From the NCBI GenBank assembly GCA_003427395.1, contig BFEA01000044.1, positions 3,450,967-3,514,966 on the forward strand: DNA of 64,000 nucleotides. Reading direction: 5' to 3'. The notes under the pieces were generated by a model. It saw nothing but the letters and a program-made list of their open reading frames with translations. It was not told the DNA's origin and searched no databases. Below, one piece after another: positions 34,540-47,700 of the stretch; position 1 is the stretch's first letter; every line of letters begins with the position of its first letter. Position numbers and translations under genes: made by a program. The stretch comes from Chara braunii. Taxonomy: Eukaryota > Plantae > Charophyceae.

Positions 34540-35815
34540 GCGTTTTTCCAGAAAGTTTCTGCTGGGAAATTGCGCGAGGAGCAAGCGCACAGAAAGGGCG
34601 CGTTCTGCAGCCCAATTTTGCTGTGTGGCGCTAGTTTCGAGAGTTCTGTTGCTGATTACAAGACCGAATTCGGTAGTGAATACGGTCGCGTGCATACGTT
34701 CTGGAAAGCTTCTGGTGTGAATTTGCGCGAAGAGGTCAACCACAGAAAGAAAGCCCACGTTCTGCAGCCCGATTCTGGTTTGTCGCGCAGCGCGCACGCT
34801 AGCTTCGAGAGATCTGGTGTTTCGTCTAGAAGACTGGACTCAGAGTCGAATACAGTCACGTACATACGTTTTGGAGAGTCGGTGGTTCCGGTGTGAGTTT
34901 GCGCGGAGAGCAAGCTCACATGAATGAAGCACACGTTCAGCAGCAGCCCAATTTTGGCGTGTCGCGCATCGCACGCGAGTTTCGAGAGACCTGTTGTTGT
35001 TGATTAGAACACTGAATTCAGTCGTGAATACAGTCACGGACGTTTGTTCTTGAGAGTTTCTGCCGTGGATTTGCGCGAACAGCAAGCACAGAAAGCGCTC
35101 GTTCTGCGGCCCGATTTTGGTGTGTCGCGCACCGCACGCTAGTCTCGAGAGATCTGTTGTTGTTGTTTACAAGACTGAATTTCAGTCGTGAATATACACG
35201 GTCACGTACATGCGCGTTCTGGAAAGTTTCTGGTGTGAGTTTGCGCGAAGAGCAACACAGAAAGCGAGTGTTATGCAGCCCGATTTGGGGCGTCGCCGCA
35301 CGGCAAACCAATCGAAAAACGAAGCGAGTGCATCTTCCCGCAGAAAATGGCCAGGTTCATCGGTTTGCTATAAATAGTAACGTGTATGTTGCTACCTTTC
35401 GTGGGCAGATGCAATCGTTTCGTTTTCGTGTCGTCCACCGTGCGGCGAGGCTCTTGGTGTGTCGCGTACGTACGTTCCGGAAAGTTTCTGGTCGGAGTTT
35501 GCGGCGAGCAAGCACAGAGAGCGAGCGCGCGTTCTGCAGCCCGACTCTGGTGTCGCACCTCGCGCGCGAGTTTCGGGATATCTGTTGTTGTTAGAAAGAA
35601 CTTAGCCGTTAATACAGTCACGTACGTACGTACGTTCCGGAAAGTTTCTGGTGTGAAGTTTCGTAGAGAGCAAGCACAGGGCGCGCGTTTTGCAACCCGA
35701 TTTCGGTGTCGCGCATCGCACTTGTTGCGAGAGATCTCTTGTTGTTGGACGACCGAATTCAGTCGTGAATACAGTCACGTACATACGTTCTGGAAAGTTG
35801 CTAGTGTGAAGTTGC
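34540..35815. repeat. Diverged ~155-175-bp tandem array (~7-8 units)
   Basis: Recurrent GAAAGTTTCTGGTGTGA...GCAAGCACAGA...GTTCTGCAGCCCGATT...GAATACAGTCACGTAC at ~34551, 34704, 34874, 35052, 35222, 35480, 35640 and 35793. Confidence 0.85.
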
Positions 35816-36834
35816 CGCTCTAGAGAGACAGAACGTTGGTACTTGTCAGCTGCCTACCCTCTCAGTGTTATTCGTATTTATGTCCCCTTCCGTCTGGAGA
35901 TAACACAAGTGGGTGGAGTATATTCTCTTCCGTCTGGAGATAATAGAAGTGGGAAGAAAGAGGGCGGCACGAGAGCTTTGTTCTCGTATTGCGGAGCCGG
36001 GTGTGGGGTAGGCGAGGGGGCGGGGGTCCACTAGATGAATGCTTCTTTTGCGCGCTGCAGGTAGGAAAAAAGAAGTGCCGTAGTTATATGTCCACACAAC
36101 GAGGCAGAGGCAGCAGTGCTTTATTTCTTTTTGCCATTATGTAATTGCTTTGACAGGTGAGGAGCGGATCATCCTTCAATTCTGTGTTTTTTTTTTTTTG
36201 TGGAAGATTATTGATGTGCCAAGTGGATGGTTTAATAATGTCTCGATGGATTGACTGGTCCGTTGATGAGTTGATTGATTGATTAATTGATTGATTGATG
36301 GATGGATGGATGGATGGATGGATGGATGGATGGGTTGGTCGACCAGGAATGGGAGGCGGCGGGTGATGGGACACGCAGGCAGTACAGGCGTGCAGCGCTG
36401 TGGTTGAGACGGCTCTCTTGGGAGCATGCGCAATGTTTCCTTTTTGTTTCTCTCTCCCTTTTTTCATGGAGTCCAACGATAACCTGTGAATGGCCCGAAC
36501 CCGCTCTTTTTCTTGGGTGGACGCAGGTGGTGGAAGGTGGAGTGTGGCAAGTTTGCGCTTAGTCCTTTGTTCCTTTGTAGCAAAATTGAGCTGAGTCCGT
36601 TTCTTTGTCGCAAAATTGTGCCCGAGCTCTGCATTCGTTGGTCACTCGGTGGGCGAAGAGAACGAGTGTAAGCAAGTAGGAGGGAGAGGTTCATTCATTG
36701 AACATAGAACTTGATAGAAGAATATTCTTCTATGTTCCTTTTCGCACATGAGGAGGATGAGAACGAATGCCCATTCATTCTATGTGCGTAATGTATTCTT
36801 TGATGATTTATTGCGTGGGGTCAGTTCCATTGGC

Positions 36835-36985
36835 TGGTGTGCAGTGGGAGTTCTGTTTGCAGGTGTGGGACCAGTTCCGTCTTCAGGTGTGGGGCCAGTA
36901 GTTCCGTCTGCAGTGTGCGGCGGGAGTTCTGTCTGCAGGTGTGGGATCAGTTCCGTCTGCAGGCGTGGGACCAGTTCCGTTTGGG
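36835..36985. repeat. ~24-bp minisatellite (AGTTCCGTCTGCAGGTGTGGGACC)
   Basis: About 6 imperfect copies. Confidence 0.8.
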
Positions 36986-37122
36986 TGAGGAGTTGTTTAG
37001 CCTCGTGGTTCTGTCTCATTGGTACTTGCTTGGTTGGCATTTAGGCTCTGCCTCATTGGTACTTGCAGGAGTTCATTAATTGCATTACGAAATACAATAG
37101 CATTTGCTTTTGTGCTATCGTA

Positions 37123-37250
37123 CCATAGGCTATGGTAGCTGATCTCCTATGGTAGTTATAGCGTGACTACAGCAATGAAGTGAGCATAGGCTATGGTAGC
37201 TGATCGCCTATGGTAGTCATAACGTGACTACAGCAATGAAGTGAGCATAG
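37123..37250. repeat. ~61-bp tandem duplication
   Basis: CATAGGCTATGGTAGCTGATC...GTGACTACAGCAATGAAGTGAG occurs twice. Confidence 0.85.
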
Positions 37251-37901
37251 TCCCATCCGTCGCATATCTGCTTCGAACTGTGTGAAGACAAATATATATG
37301 AACTGGTAGGACAATTATGGGCTGGTGGGTGCTGCATGTAAATTAGTGTATGTGTAGTGTCGCGACGAAAAGACTAGAAGCAATGATGATGATGATGATT
37401 TGAAAAAGGGAGGTTGATGAAGCGCAAATGAGGAGAAAAGTGGTGGGTCCATCATGCACCAGAGTGACAATCTAATTGTAATCTCACGATTCTCACATCG
37501 GAAGGGTTCTAGTTAGTTGTTTGCTCCAGAGTGGCTGCCATATACAGTCCAGGCCAGATAAGACTGATCATGCATAAATGTGAAAGCGACATAAACGAGA
37601 AAAGAACAGCAGAAAAACGGAGGAAAACAGAATGGTTGCAAATGGGTCCAGAGGTGAAAGAAAAGTCAAGGAAAGAACATGCGAGCAGTCAGGAATGTCT
37701 GGATGCAGGCTTGCCAAATGCACTTCTGGGGCACAATCCCACTAGCAAAGCAGATTGGATTTAATGGCTGAATCTGGATGTGTTTTTTGTGGACATGCAA
37801 AAAATATTGGTCCACGTAATACACATCCACTATGTTTCTCAGCCATTTTTTCGGAGTTGTGGCGTGCTTGCTGCCGCATCTCTAGGGATGTAATGGGGCG
37901 C

Positions 37902-40900
37902 CGTCGTAACAAATACCCTTACAAGGGTATTTGGCGTGTTTCTTGCAAGTCACGCAAGTGCAGCCTCGCCCGCCCGACAGCGTGCGCGTGAGAGGAAGCA
38001 TAGGTCCTTGTCAGGGTGAGTGGCGCGTGTGGGGTATTGACAGTGAGGCGCGACTGTGCGCTACCCAGGCGTGCACGGCGTCGCGGGCCAGCGGGACGCA
38101 CGACGTTTGTTTATATTTTTATATATACATTAAATAATTGTTGTACTAAATTTTTGTAGGCTCCAGCATATTGCGTAAGCCGTGACGCTGGATTCAATGG
38201 TCATCACGGTGATCAAGGACGTTGAGCGCATGCCCCCTTTCCGTTGAGTTACGGGTGTTGGCGAAAATTTTTCTACCTTAACTATTTTGGGGCGCGGGCC
38301 AGGGAGTTTAATGTGCGGACGAGCCAGTGGGTAAACAGCCCGCGAGGCTGAAAGGATCCGCATGGGGCCAGTTGTGGGTGTATGGCCCGCCACCAGCTGA
38401 CCACTGCGAGAGTTTTTGAGTGAGGGCACGCCCGTTGAGACCCGTGGGCTGTGCTTTAGGCCCCGACAGGGGTCCAATAGGTTATGCTAGAAGGCAGCCG
38501 TCCCCCATGCTGTGGTCTCGGGGTACTGCACATTGTGATGGATCGAGGTGCGTTGCAGATCTGCCGCGTTTAGGTTGGGGGCTGTGAGAGGCTATCGTCC
38601 TCGGTCTCTTGGGTTTTGCCTACGTCGAGTTCTGTTGGTGGTGCCCGCGGCAACATGCGCTTGTGGATCCAGGGGAGGTGCCACTGGGAGGCGTCCACAC
38701 ACTGGGCAGTGTGGCAGAGCTGTCCCAATAGAAATCCCGATGGGACACTCCCTCGTTTCGACCTGAAGCCCCAATTGAAAAGTTGCTACTACCGCCGAGA
38801 TCTGCACCGGACCCGCTTCGCAAGGCATATGTTGCTGGCTGCGCAGCAGGCCCGGGGTGACGCCAGGTTNNNNNNNNNNNNNNNNNNNNNNNNNNNNNNN
38901 NNNNNNNNNNNNNNNNNNNNNNNNNNNNNNNNNNGGTCGCGTGCCACACCGCTATCAGCCTTTCGGCTGATTGATTTGGTAGGTGTTCGGCTCTCATAAC
39001 CGCCGACACGATGAGTTGTGTTACCTAGCAGATTGGCTAGGGGTAACTACGGATAAAAGTTGAGAGATAGTGGCTACTTAGCTAGCGGTTCGGCTAATCC
39101 GAAGAGAGGGTTATATCTTAAGTTGCATGAATATATATATATATTGGTCTTTATGACAAATTTTATCTGGTTGTTGTCATATATGTGTTTTTCTGTATTT
39201 TGCTTAATGTTTGATTGACGATGTATGCATGGATTGCCTTCCATGAGGATATATAGTTTGCGTGAAACCCACGTCTGGCATGGGATCAGAGGTGAATGGG
39301 GTGGCCGGCTTCTGTGGAAGATGATTCTTCCAGAAGGAAGTTAGTCGGCATGTATAGCTTGTCCTCAGTGGGAGTGCATTCTTAAATTGTTACTCCCTCG
39401 ATAAGACTTAAGGAGGCAGACATTAGTATCAAAACTGATAGTGAGACCCACGCCGGAACTATGTTCCTTGTCCATTAGTGGGGTGTTGTTGTCTTTCCTG
39501 AGATAGGAGAGTAGCTACACTATCTGTTGAGAAAGGAAAAAGGGGCTTGTTACCATTGCCAAAACTCTCATGGCTGAATGGAACAACTACTGCTTAACAA
39601 GACCGGTTTTGGAGTAGCGACCTAGGCTCGTCTCTCGTTAAGCAGGGCCACCATATTTGTAAGGGCGCGAATTCGTTATTCGTTGCCTTAATAGGTATTG
39701 ATGATGTTGTCCATCTGACCGTGATTAGGTTCGGTGAGGTGCAAACGTTGGAATCAGAGAGGGTTGCGGTGAGGCTTGATCTTTAGAGCGGGGCTCGAGA
39801 GTCAAGATGTTATCTCATGAGGATTACACCGCCCCTCTGTATTAAATGCTTCGTTTAAGAGCTGAAGGGGTAACAATTGAATCATGTTATTTACTCGTTT
39901 GCTAGTCTCATTTTGTCTTATTTATTTTGAAGTATGTTTTGAGATTTATCTTGTCGCATGACTGGCAGTTGAAGTTGGCTTAATGTTATTGTTTCTAAAG
40001 CATACGTGTTCTTCAGCTACAACCCTAACAAGCAATGTGCTTATTATGTTGTGGATTATTGTTGTAACTATATGTTATTTATTGAGGGTTGTACTGCATT
40101 TTGAATTTATGTTTGCAGTATGCAACTATATGGCATATGTATATCGTATAGAAATAATATTTGATTAATGCCTGAGTCATGATTTAAGGGTGTATATCAA
40201 CGAGTATGTGTTTTATTCTAGGTGGATATTTATTTAAAAGACTCTCTTCGGTATCGCCGTTGTTTTGAATAGGTTCTTACGCGTGCTCTCGTGATGAGTA
40301 TCAGGGCAACTTTAGTGGGATATATTATGCATTAGATTTAGTTGTATAACTTCCCTCAAATCTCGACCCTAACACGGCTCGTTGTTGTTCAACAGGTGAT
40401 GGGGTCGAAGGAGCTCGAGGTGGAGGGTTCTCAAGGGAAGATTGGGGTCGAGGAACTCGCTTCTCTGGTGGGGCTGCGAGATTAGGAGCGAGACAACCTG
40501 CCCAAGGTTGAGATCGACTTCTTTAAAGATTATCATGTTTCTGATTTCCTCGATAAGTTTGAACAGATAGCGTCCCACTGCAAATGGAATGAGGAACAAA
40601 GGCTGAAAAAGGTGATAAAGTATATCCATATAGGCTTGAAGGGTGAAGTCAGTGGGCTGGTTAGGAAAGCGAGGTCATCATGGAGGAAGTTTTATGATGA
40701 CATGTGGAATAAATACCGGTTAGGTGAAGAACAGTTGACCAAAGATGATCTCGAGGAGGTAGACCGGTATAATTATAGGTCTGTAGGACACTTCTTGATA
40801 GAGTATGAGCGCGCATCACGCAAGGTCTGGGCGTTATCTGAATATGACAAGTGTTTTGTCTTCCTCATGAACTTCACGGATGCAGAGCAGCGAGATTTGA

Positions 40901-43900
40901 TTCGAGGAACAGAAGGAAGGCTTATATGAGATAAGATACAAGGTAATTTTGAAGAAGGCGATTTTGATCAACACCTCTGTTATACTCTGAGAGAAGTGAG
41001 GAAAAAAAAGGAGGCGTTGGATAGCGAGAGGAGTAAGCTTGGAAAGGGACCAAATGACCCTGCCCTAGGCACTTCTGACGCTAAGAAAGGTGAACCTCAG
41101 AATGACGCTAAGGTCGTCAAGCGAAATCACAGATGGAGCAGAGAAAAGAAAAATGAGTCAGGTGATGAAAGGGAAGAGGTGCTGGCCCGAGTGAGGAATG
41201 TTGCAGCTCATACCTGTGAGAGGACGGTTGACGTTCCAAAGGCGAAGAGAACGGTGGATCGAAGAGTTCAGGAAGAAGTTGGTATAGCCCTACCGCCCGC
41301 TGTGTCTGATCCGAACAAAGGAGAGTGTGATGACAAGGGTATATCGTCAACTGTAAGTTGGACAAGACGAAGGAATAGAAGAGGGCGAGAACGGTGGGCA
41401 TGAATAGTATGTGTTTGTTGCGGAAAGACTGGTCATACCCCTAGCAGGTGTAAGATGACAAAGAAAATAATTGAGGGGTGAAGTTGTTTACCTATAAGAG
41501 AATGATGTCAGCAATCTTAAGTAACTAACGAATAGACACTCGAAAGGCCACGACAACGCGGTAGGCTCAATTGATAAAACTAATGAGCGATTATCTGCTT
41601 ATTTTGCTTTTGGTTTCGAACCTACAAGTTTTATGAGACATAGGTTATTTCTTGTAAATATTTATGATATCTAGGGTGCGTTTTTACTTTTGGGGTTGCG
41701 CGTATATTTTGGATCTGATTATCCACTCTTTAAGCTGGCTTTAGATTTTGTCAGATATGAGTGGAGATCTTTTAAGAAGCTGTCGTCTGTACGTTGACAC
41801 TTACCGAACTTTTGTGAAAAGGTTTGATATCATTTTGTGTATGTTAGTCAATTATGACCTATATGGTACGCTCTACAAGGACTTTTGTTTGATTGGGATA
41901 TGAATTTGTGATAATTTAAGATTTGTAAGGATGTGAGACTTGGGATGACTTGCTTTTTCTTCTGGAAATGATTTTTTGGTATGAGTTTTGATTCCCCTGG
42001 GTTGCAGGATCGTGCGTGTTTCGGTTGTCATTGACATTCTGATCAAAGTGGCCTTGTGAGTCTTTTTGTGTATTACTTTAATTAATGATGAAGTGAGGAA
42101 AGTGTGATTATTTGTGAGATATTTCTGGAAGGCTCAAAGAGTCCAGAAAATCGTATTAAGAAAGAGGTTATGCCCAATGGCGGTCTGACAAAATTTGAAG
42201 TCTAATTTCAAGTGAAGGGTGTTTTAAGGTTATATAAACAAATTCATCCATGAGTGGGAGGATGGCTGAGAAATTTTTATGGGTGATTCTCCTTCAGAGT
42301 GGAAGGAGTCTTAAAAAAGTTTATGGAAGGCTCATCCTAGAGAGGAAGGGGTGGCTTAAGAATAATTTATGGAGTTAGAGTATTATCCTCAGCCAAATCG
42401 ATAGTCCCACTCTGTTGGTCCTCAGCTGCCAGTAAGTGTGTCATCTGGGGCAGGGAAACCTGTCAAGTAAGAAAGTCCTTGCCTGGACAGTGGTTATGAG
42501 TCCCGGGTAGTTTTTGTGTGTGGCAGGGGGTAAGGAAGAAACCGTTCAATTCGACATCCCCGCTTGCGTAGTCACGTAAAAGCTGATGAAAACAGCACGG
42601 GCAATGTGGAAGTCTGCTGGTTGTAAGTCCTTCACTCAATTTACTATGGGCCACAAGCGGTCTAGTCTGTGACGGGGACTTCCATGATTATGACTCCTTG
42701 TGAGAAATTAAAAGTTTTGACTAATAGTCGGTGGGAACGTCATTTACAACAGGAAGGATCGACTTGATCTTGAGACCCTCCAATCGCCTATAGTTTGGCT
42801 GAAAGTGGTGTTGACATCAAGTATGAGATTTTGAAAAGTAAAAGTGAGTTTTATTCGGAAGAAAAATTATGAGAGATTGCTAACTGAGCAGAACATATGA
42901 CTAAGTATTGATAAAGTAAGTGACGAAGCTGAAGAACCCTACTCATAAAAGTATGTTTATGAGCAAAAAGGGGTGGGTTTTTCTATATCCGAGACGGGAG
43001 AGAAAAATGAGTAGTTTTTACATGATAATAATGATTTGTGACATGGGGCTTAACGGGGCCCGGCCCAAAGGAGACATTCATGACGTGTGCCGTGAGTCTA
43101 ATCAGGCTACCCCTAGCTAGCTGTGATTTTTCCCACGGTGAAGTGATCATTTGAGGAAGAGTTTGAAAAGTGGTGTAAATGAGTTAAATTTGAATGGTTG
43201 TTGTGTAAAAAGGATAAAGGTTGAATAAGGAATGAGGTTTTGGATTCTATACCACCGCCGAGTTTGAGTTTCAGCTGGTGATTGGATGATCTGGGTGCCC
43301 GGCGCGATAAAATATCATTTAAAGAGACCGGGAATGGTGTAATCTCATGATTGATTATTGGATGACTTCCTATTTGTGACTGTAGTGGGTGGAAAGTGGC
43401 TTTATCCACTTTGTTGGATTAGAGGTTAAAATGTGTCAGTGCCTAGCCGATTATTCGGCTAGTATAGATTTCTATTTTTGTTAGGAATTAAATGAGAATT
43501 TTTTTACCACTGATATTTGCCTAGTTGTTTTGGGGATCTAAGGCTTAAAGCTGAAATAATTTTAGATTATTTAGTAAGGTAAGCCATGTTGAGAAGGTTA
43601 TGGTATATTCTTTTCTAAGAGGTTCCGACTAAAAGATGTTGGGTTTCATGTTCGGTGCGACGGGGACGTCGCCTAATAAGGTCCGGGAAGACCGTCGTAC
43701 CAAATACCTTTACAAGGGTATTTGGCGTGTTTCTTGCAAGTCACGCAAGTGCAGCCTCGCCCGCCCGACGGCGTGCGCGTGAGAGCAAGCATAGGTCCTT
43801 ATCAAGGTGAGTGGCGCGCGTGGGGTATTGACAGCGAGGCGTGACTGTGTGTGGCGTCGCGGGCCAGCGGGACGCACGGCGTTTGTTTATATTTATATAT

Positions 43901-44743
43901 ATACATTAAATAATTGTTGTATTAAATTTTTGTAGGCTCTTGCATTTCGCGTAAGCCGGACGTGACGCCGGACTCAATGGTCGTCACGGTGGTCAAGGAC
44001 GTTGAGCGCACGCCCCCTTTCGATTGAGTTACGGGTGTTGGCGAAAATTTTTCTACCTTAACTATTTTGGGGCGCGGGCCAGGGAGTTTAACGTGCGGAC
44101 GAGCCGGTGGGTAAACAGCCCGCAAGGTTGAAAGCAGCCGCATGGGGCCAGTTGTGGGTGTATGGCCCGCCACCAACTGACCACTGCGGGAGTTTTTGAG
44201 TGAGGCCACGCCCGTTGAGACCCGTGGGCTGTGTTTTAGGCCCCGACAGGGGTCCGATAGGTTATGCTAGAAAGCAGTCGTCCCCCATGGTGTGGTCTCA
44301 AGGTGCTGCACATCGTGATGGATCGAGGTGCGTTGCAGATCTGCCTCGTTTAGGTTGGGGGCTGTGAGAGGCTATCGTCCTTGGTCTCTTGGGTTTTTCC
44401 TACGTCGAGTTCTGTTGGTGGTGCCCGCGACAACATGCGCTTGTGGATCCAGGGGGGGCGCCGGTGGGAGGCGGCCACACACTGGGCAGTGTGGCAGAGC
44501 TGTCCGAATAAAAATCCTGATGGGACACTCCCTCGTTTCGACCTGAAGCCCCATTTGAAAAGTTGCTACTACCGCCGAGATCTGCACCGGACCCGCTTCG
44601 CAAGGCATATGTTGCTGGCTGCGCAGCAGGCCCGGGGTGACGCCAGGTTCACCACGGCGACGGGGCACAGGTCGCGTGCCACACCGCTATCAGCCTTTCG
44701 GCTGATTGATTTGGTAGGTGTTCGACTCTCATAACCGCCGACC
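37902..44743 (+). mobile_element. Non-autonomous (gag-only) LTR retrotransposon with ~1.05-kb LTRs
   Basis: LTR1 37902-39008 (contains an N gap) and LTR2 43693-44743 are highly similar direct repeats; internal gag with a zinc knuckle; no RT or integrase motifs recognised. Confidence 0.88.
40522..41451 (+). pseudogene. Retrotransposon gag with CCHC zinc knuckle
   Basis: Single frame FLDKFEQIASHCKWNEEQ...WRKFYDDMWNKY..., ending CVCCGKTGHTPSRC (Cx2Cx4Hx4C, 41410-41451); in-frame stops. Confidence 0.8.
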
Positions 44744-47700
44744 CGCTGCCTGTCAACTAAGACGTGACGTGCGGTGTACGAGTGAATACGCAGGTTAGCG
44801 CAAGAGGAAGACATTGGCCACTGTGTAGAAAAGGAGTGACCGGCGCAGGAAGGGAGCATAAATGCAGGGAGAAGCTGGCTTGAATTCGGACGTCGGACTA
44901 TGGTGACTGCATCCGAAACTGAGGCGGTGGGGAGATGAATGAGTCGGAATGGGATTCCGCGTCGGATGCATGCACAGAACGGAAGAGCGCAGTAGCGCAA
45001 GAGCAGAAGGCGAGCACTAAGACGGAGAGGCGGGGCAGTGAAGAAGGGCGGATGAACCTGGTGCGGTATTCGCACTGGATACGTGGAAAGTCGGAGGTGG
45101 TGAGAGGTAGGCGGGGCGGAAAGAGGATAAGTCACTCATTTCTCAATGAAAACGGGCGAGGAAAGATCCTGAACGGGGGTTTTGGTTGTAGGCGACCCCG
45201 TTTTTAGAGTCAAAAGCGGGTAGAAGTCAGTAGAAATAGGAGTTAGCAGAGATAACAGTGCGCGGGGCTATGGTGGAGAGGGAAGGGGAACGAGAGCGAA
45301 GGAGGCCGTTCCCACTCGTTTCTGAGTGAAAACGGGCGGGGGAAGGACCAAAACGGGGGTTTTCGAACGCTGCGAGTTGGATGGTATGGTCAGATTCGAC
45401 GAAGGGGGTACGGTTTGGGTATTATCGAAAGGTAGACTGCGTGGGAGGTGGCGGAGACGAAGGAGAAGACCAGCTGGGAACATGGATCTCTCTCGTTTCT
45501 TAGTGGAAACGAGCGACTGAGGCTACGTTTCGGGGGTCCGTTACTGCTGCGAATCCGGTCTTAGTGTTAGATTCGCGCCAGGGTGATTAGTTCGGGTGGT
45601 CTAACAAGCAGGGGCTGCGTGGCAATTTTAGAAAGTAACGGACATATGGAGACGTATCTTTCTGTATTCTAGCGGAAGATGCACCCTCATTTGCCTTTTT
45701 TTTAAATTTTTATCTTTTTTCTGTGACTTTTCTTTCCTTCTCTTTTTATTGTTTTTTTTATTCTCCTTCTTTCGTTCCGTCTTGGCTTTCATACTTACCG
45801 GGTAAGTGGCGAAGTCCACCTGTGCTGAGTCAGTGGTGCACAGTCCCAGTCAGTCTAGGCCCAGTCCAACTAGCACCGTATTGTGAGCACCGAGGGCCGA
45901 TGGAAAAGTACCGAGCAGAAGTACAAATCGAGATGCAGTGCTAAACCGGCGATTAATTCCTGAGTGAGCCATGCGGAAGCCCTGCTATGGCAGCTTGGGT
46001 TACGGAGGTCTGCAGAAGCCCGGAGGTAGAAGGGGACGAGGAGTAGAGAGTAGTCACAGTGTAGAAGTAGAGGCAGCTATCGCTGCCGTAGTTGTAGGGT
46101 GAGCACGGGGTGTATGTGTGCAGCGTGCAGAATGTGGGATAGCCAGGGTGGTCCGTAAGTGTGTGTGCGCGAACAGTGAGTGGGACACAGTGCCAATCTG
46201 GGGGTTGTGGGCACTGTGCGCCATAGCTAACTGATGGGGACTTGAATTCGAACTGGGTCCCAGGTTGCCGTATGCTCGAACTCCGAACGTGGGCGCTGTC
46301 CACCTTGGCCATCTGATGAGAGCATGTATTCGAACTGTATTCCGAGTTGCCATATCTTCGAGCTTGAGGTTGGGCGTTAGTCGCCAGTTTGTGTATCTCC
46401 TGTTCGCATGCATGTGAAGCGAGTGAGGAAGTGAATCTGACGGCACCGGTATCGGAGCTGGCACCCGCTATCCCATGCACCGCAGGGTGCCGAGGTGGAG
46501 GAGCGCGGTTGCGAAGGGAGTCCGCTATAACTGCATTGTGGAGAGGCAACTTGTACCTGCGCACAGGACAACAATGGAGAGAAAGAGAGAGGGGTGAATA
46601 GGAAAGGGGTGCGTACCTGGGTTTTGGCAGCAGTCGGCAGCTCGCGAAGTAGGCGGTCTGCAGGATTGGCTAGTGTTGCTGCTGCCGGGCACTAGCTGGG
46701 GGCGAAGGTGTAGTGCAGGAAGAGTGGTTGAACTGCAAGGAGGGGTGGTCGCCAGGGGGTTGACGTCGACAGTATGACTAAAGATTGACCAAGCTGTTGT
46801 TACTTGGCCATCATTGCGGGGCCCTCAGGAGACTGAAGGTATCAAGGTCCTCTCCTGCGAGTCTGAGTGCACCCCTCTTGGATCTGAGAGTCTCAAATCT
46901 ATCTTCTTCTGCCTTTCTTACTCTCAGTCTAGTCTTTGGTTACGAGAGGAAGGCGGCGGGCAGGATTGTGACCCGTAGGACCGCAGCAAAACTCTGTGGG
47001 GAGTTAGCCCACCGATTGCGGGAGCTCTGGCGGAACTCAGGGGGAGTTCTGGAGGCAAGAAATGAAAGGTAATCATTGCTTTCCTCTATAAACCCAGATT
47101 ATAGAATTATCTGTACTACTTATTAAGTTTTGACTGAGTATACTGCTTGCTTTATGCTTTGACTTTGAGTTTGGCTTTCATGACATAAACTTAGGCTAAA
47201 TAAAAGAATGCATGCAAATGTAAGGTTCAACTTTATTGATTGACTGAAAGCAGATTGTAAAAGAGATTGCGTCAGGGAAAGGGCAGGATGGGAAGTTGTT
47301 TTGCATGAGGTTTGACTGGGTCATTAAGGCTGGGAGGTCCCCATAAGTTTGGGGAGACCCAGCGCTATGTTTATTTTGGAATTGAGTGGAGCGTCAGACC
47401 CTTCTATAAGTTTAGGGGGTCTGATTGCTCTGGAGGCTGGGAAGTCCCCATAAGTTTGGGGAGACCCAGTGTTGTGGTTTTGCATGGAGGGTCAGACTGT
47501 TCTTTAAGTTTAGGTGGCCTGGCTGCTCTGACTTGGGAAGGCAGACTGTGTTCAGGGACCAAGTGCATTCTGTAAGTTCAGGTGCCTTGGTCGCCTCGTT
47601 TATTTTGGGTTTTCCCATGTTTATTTGGTTCTGAACGAGGAGGTAAGCCGTTCTATAAGTAGGTGGCTTAGCTTCTTCCTGCTTTTATTATGAGAGAACA

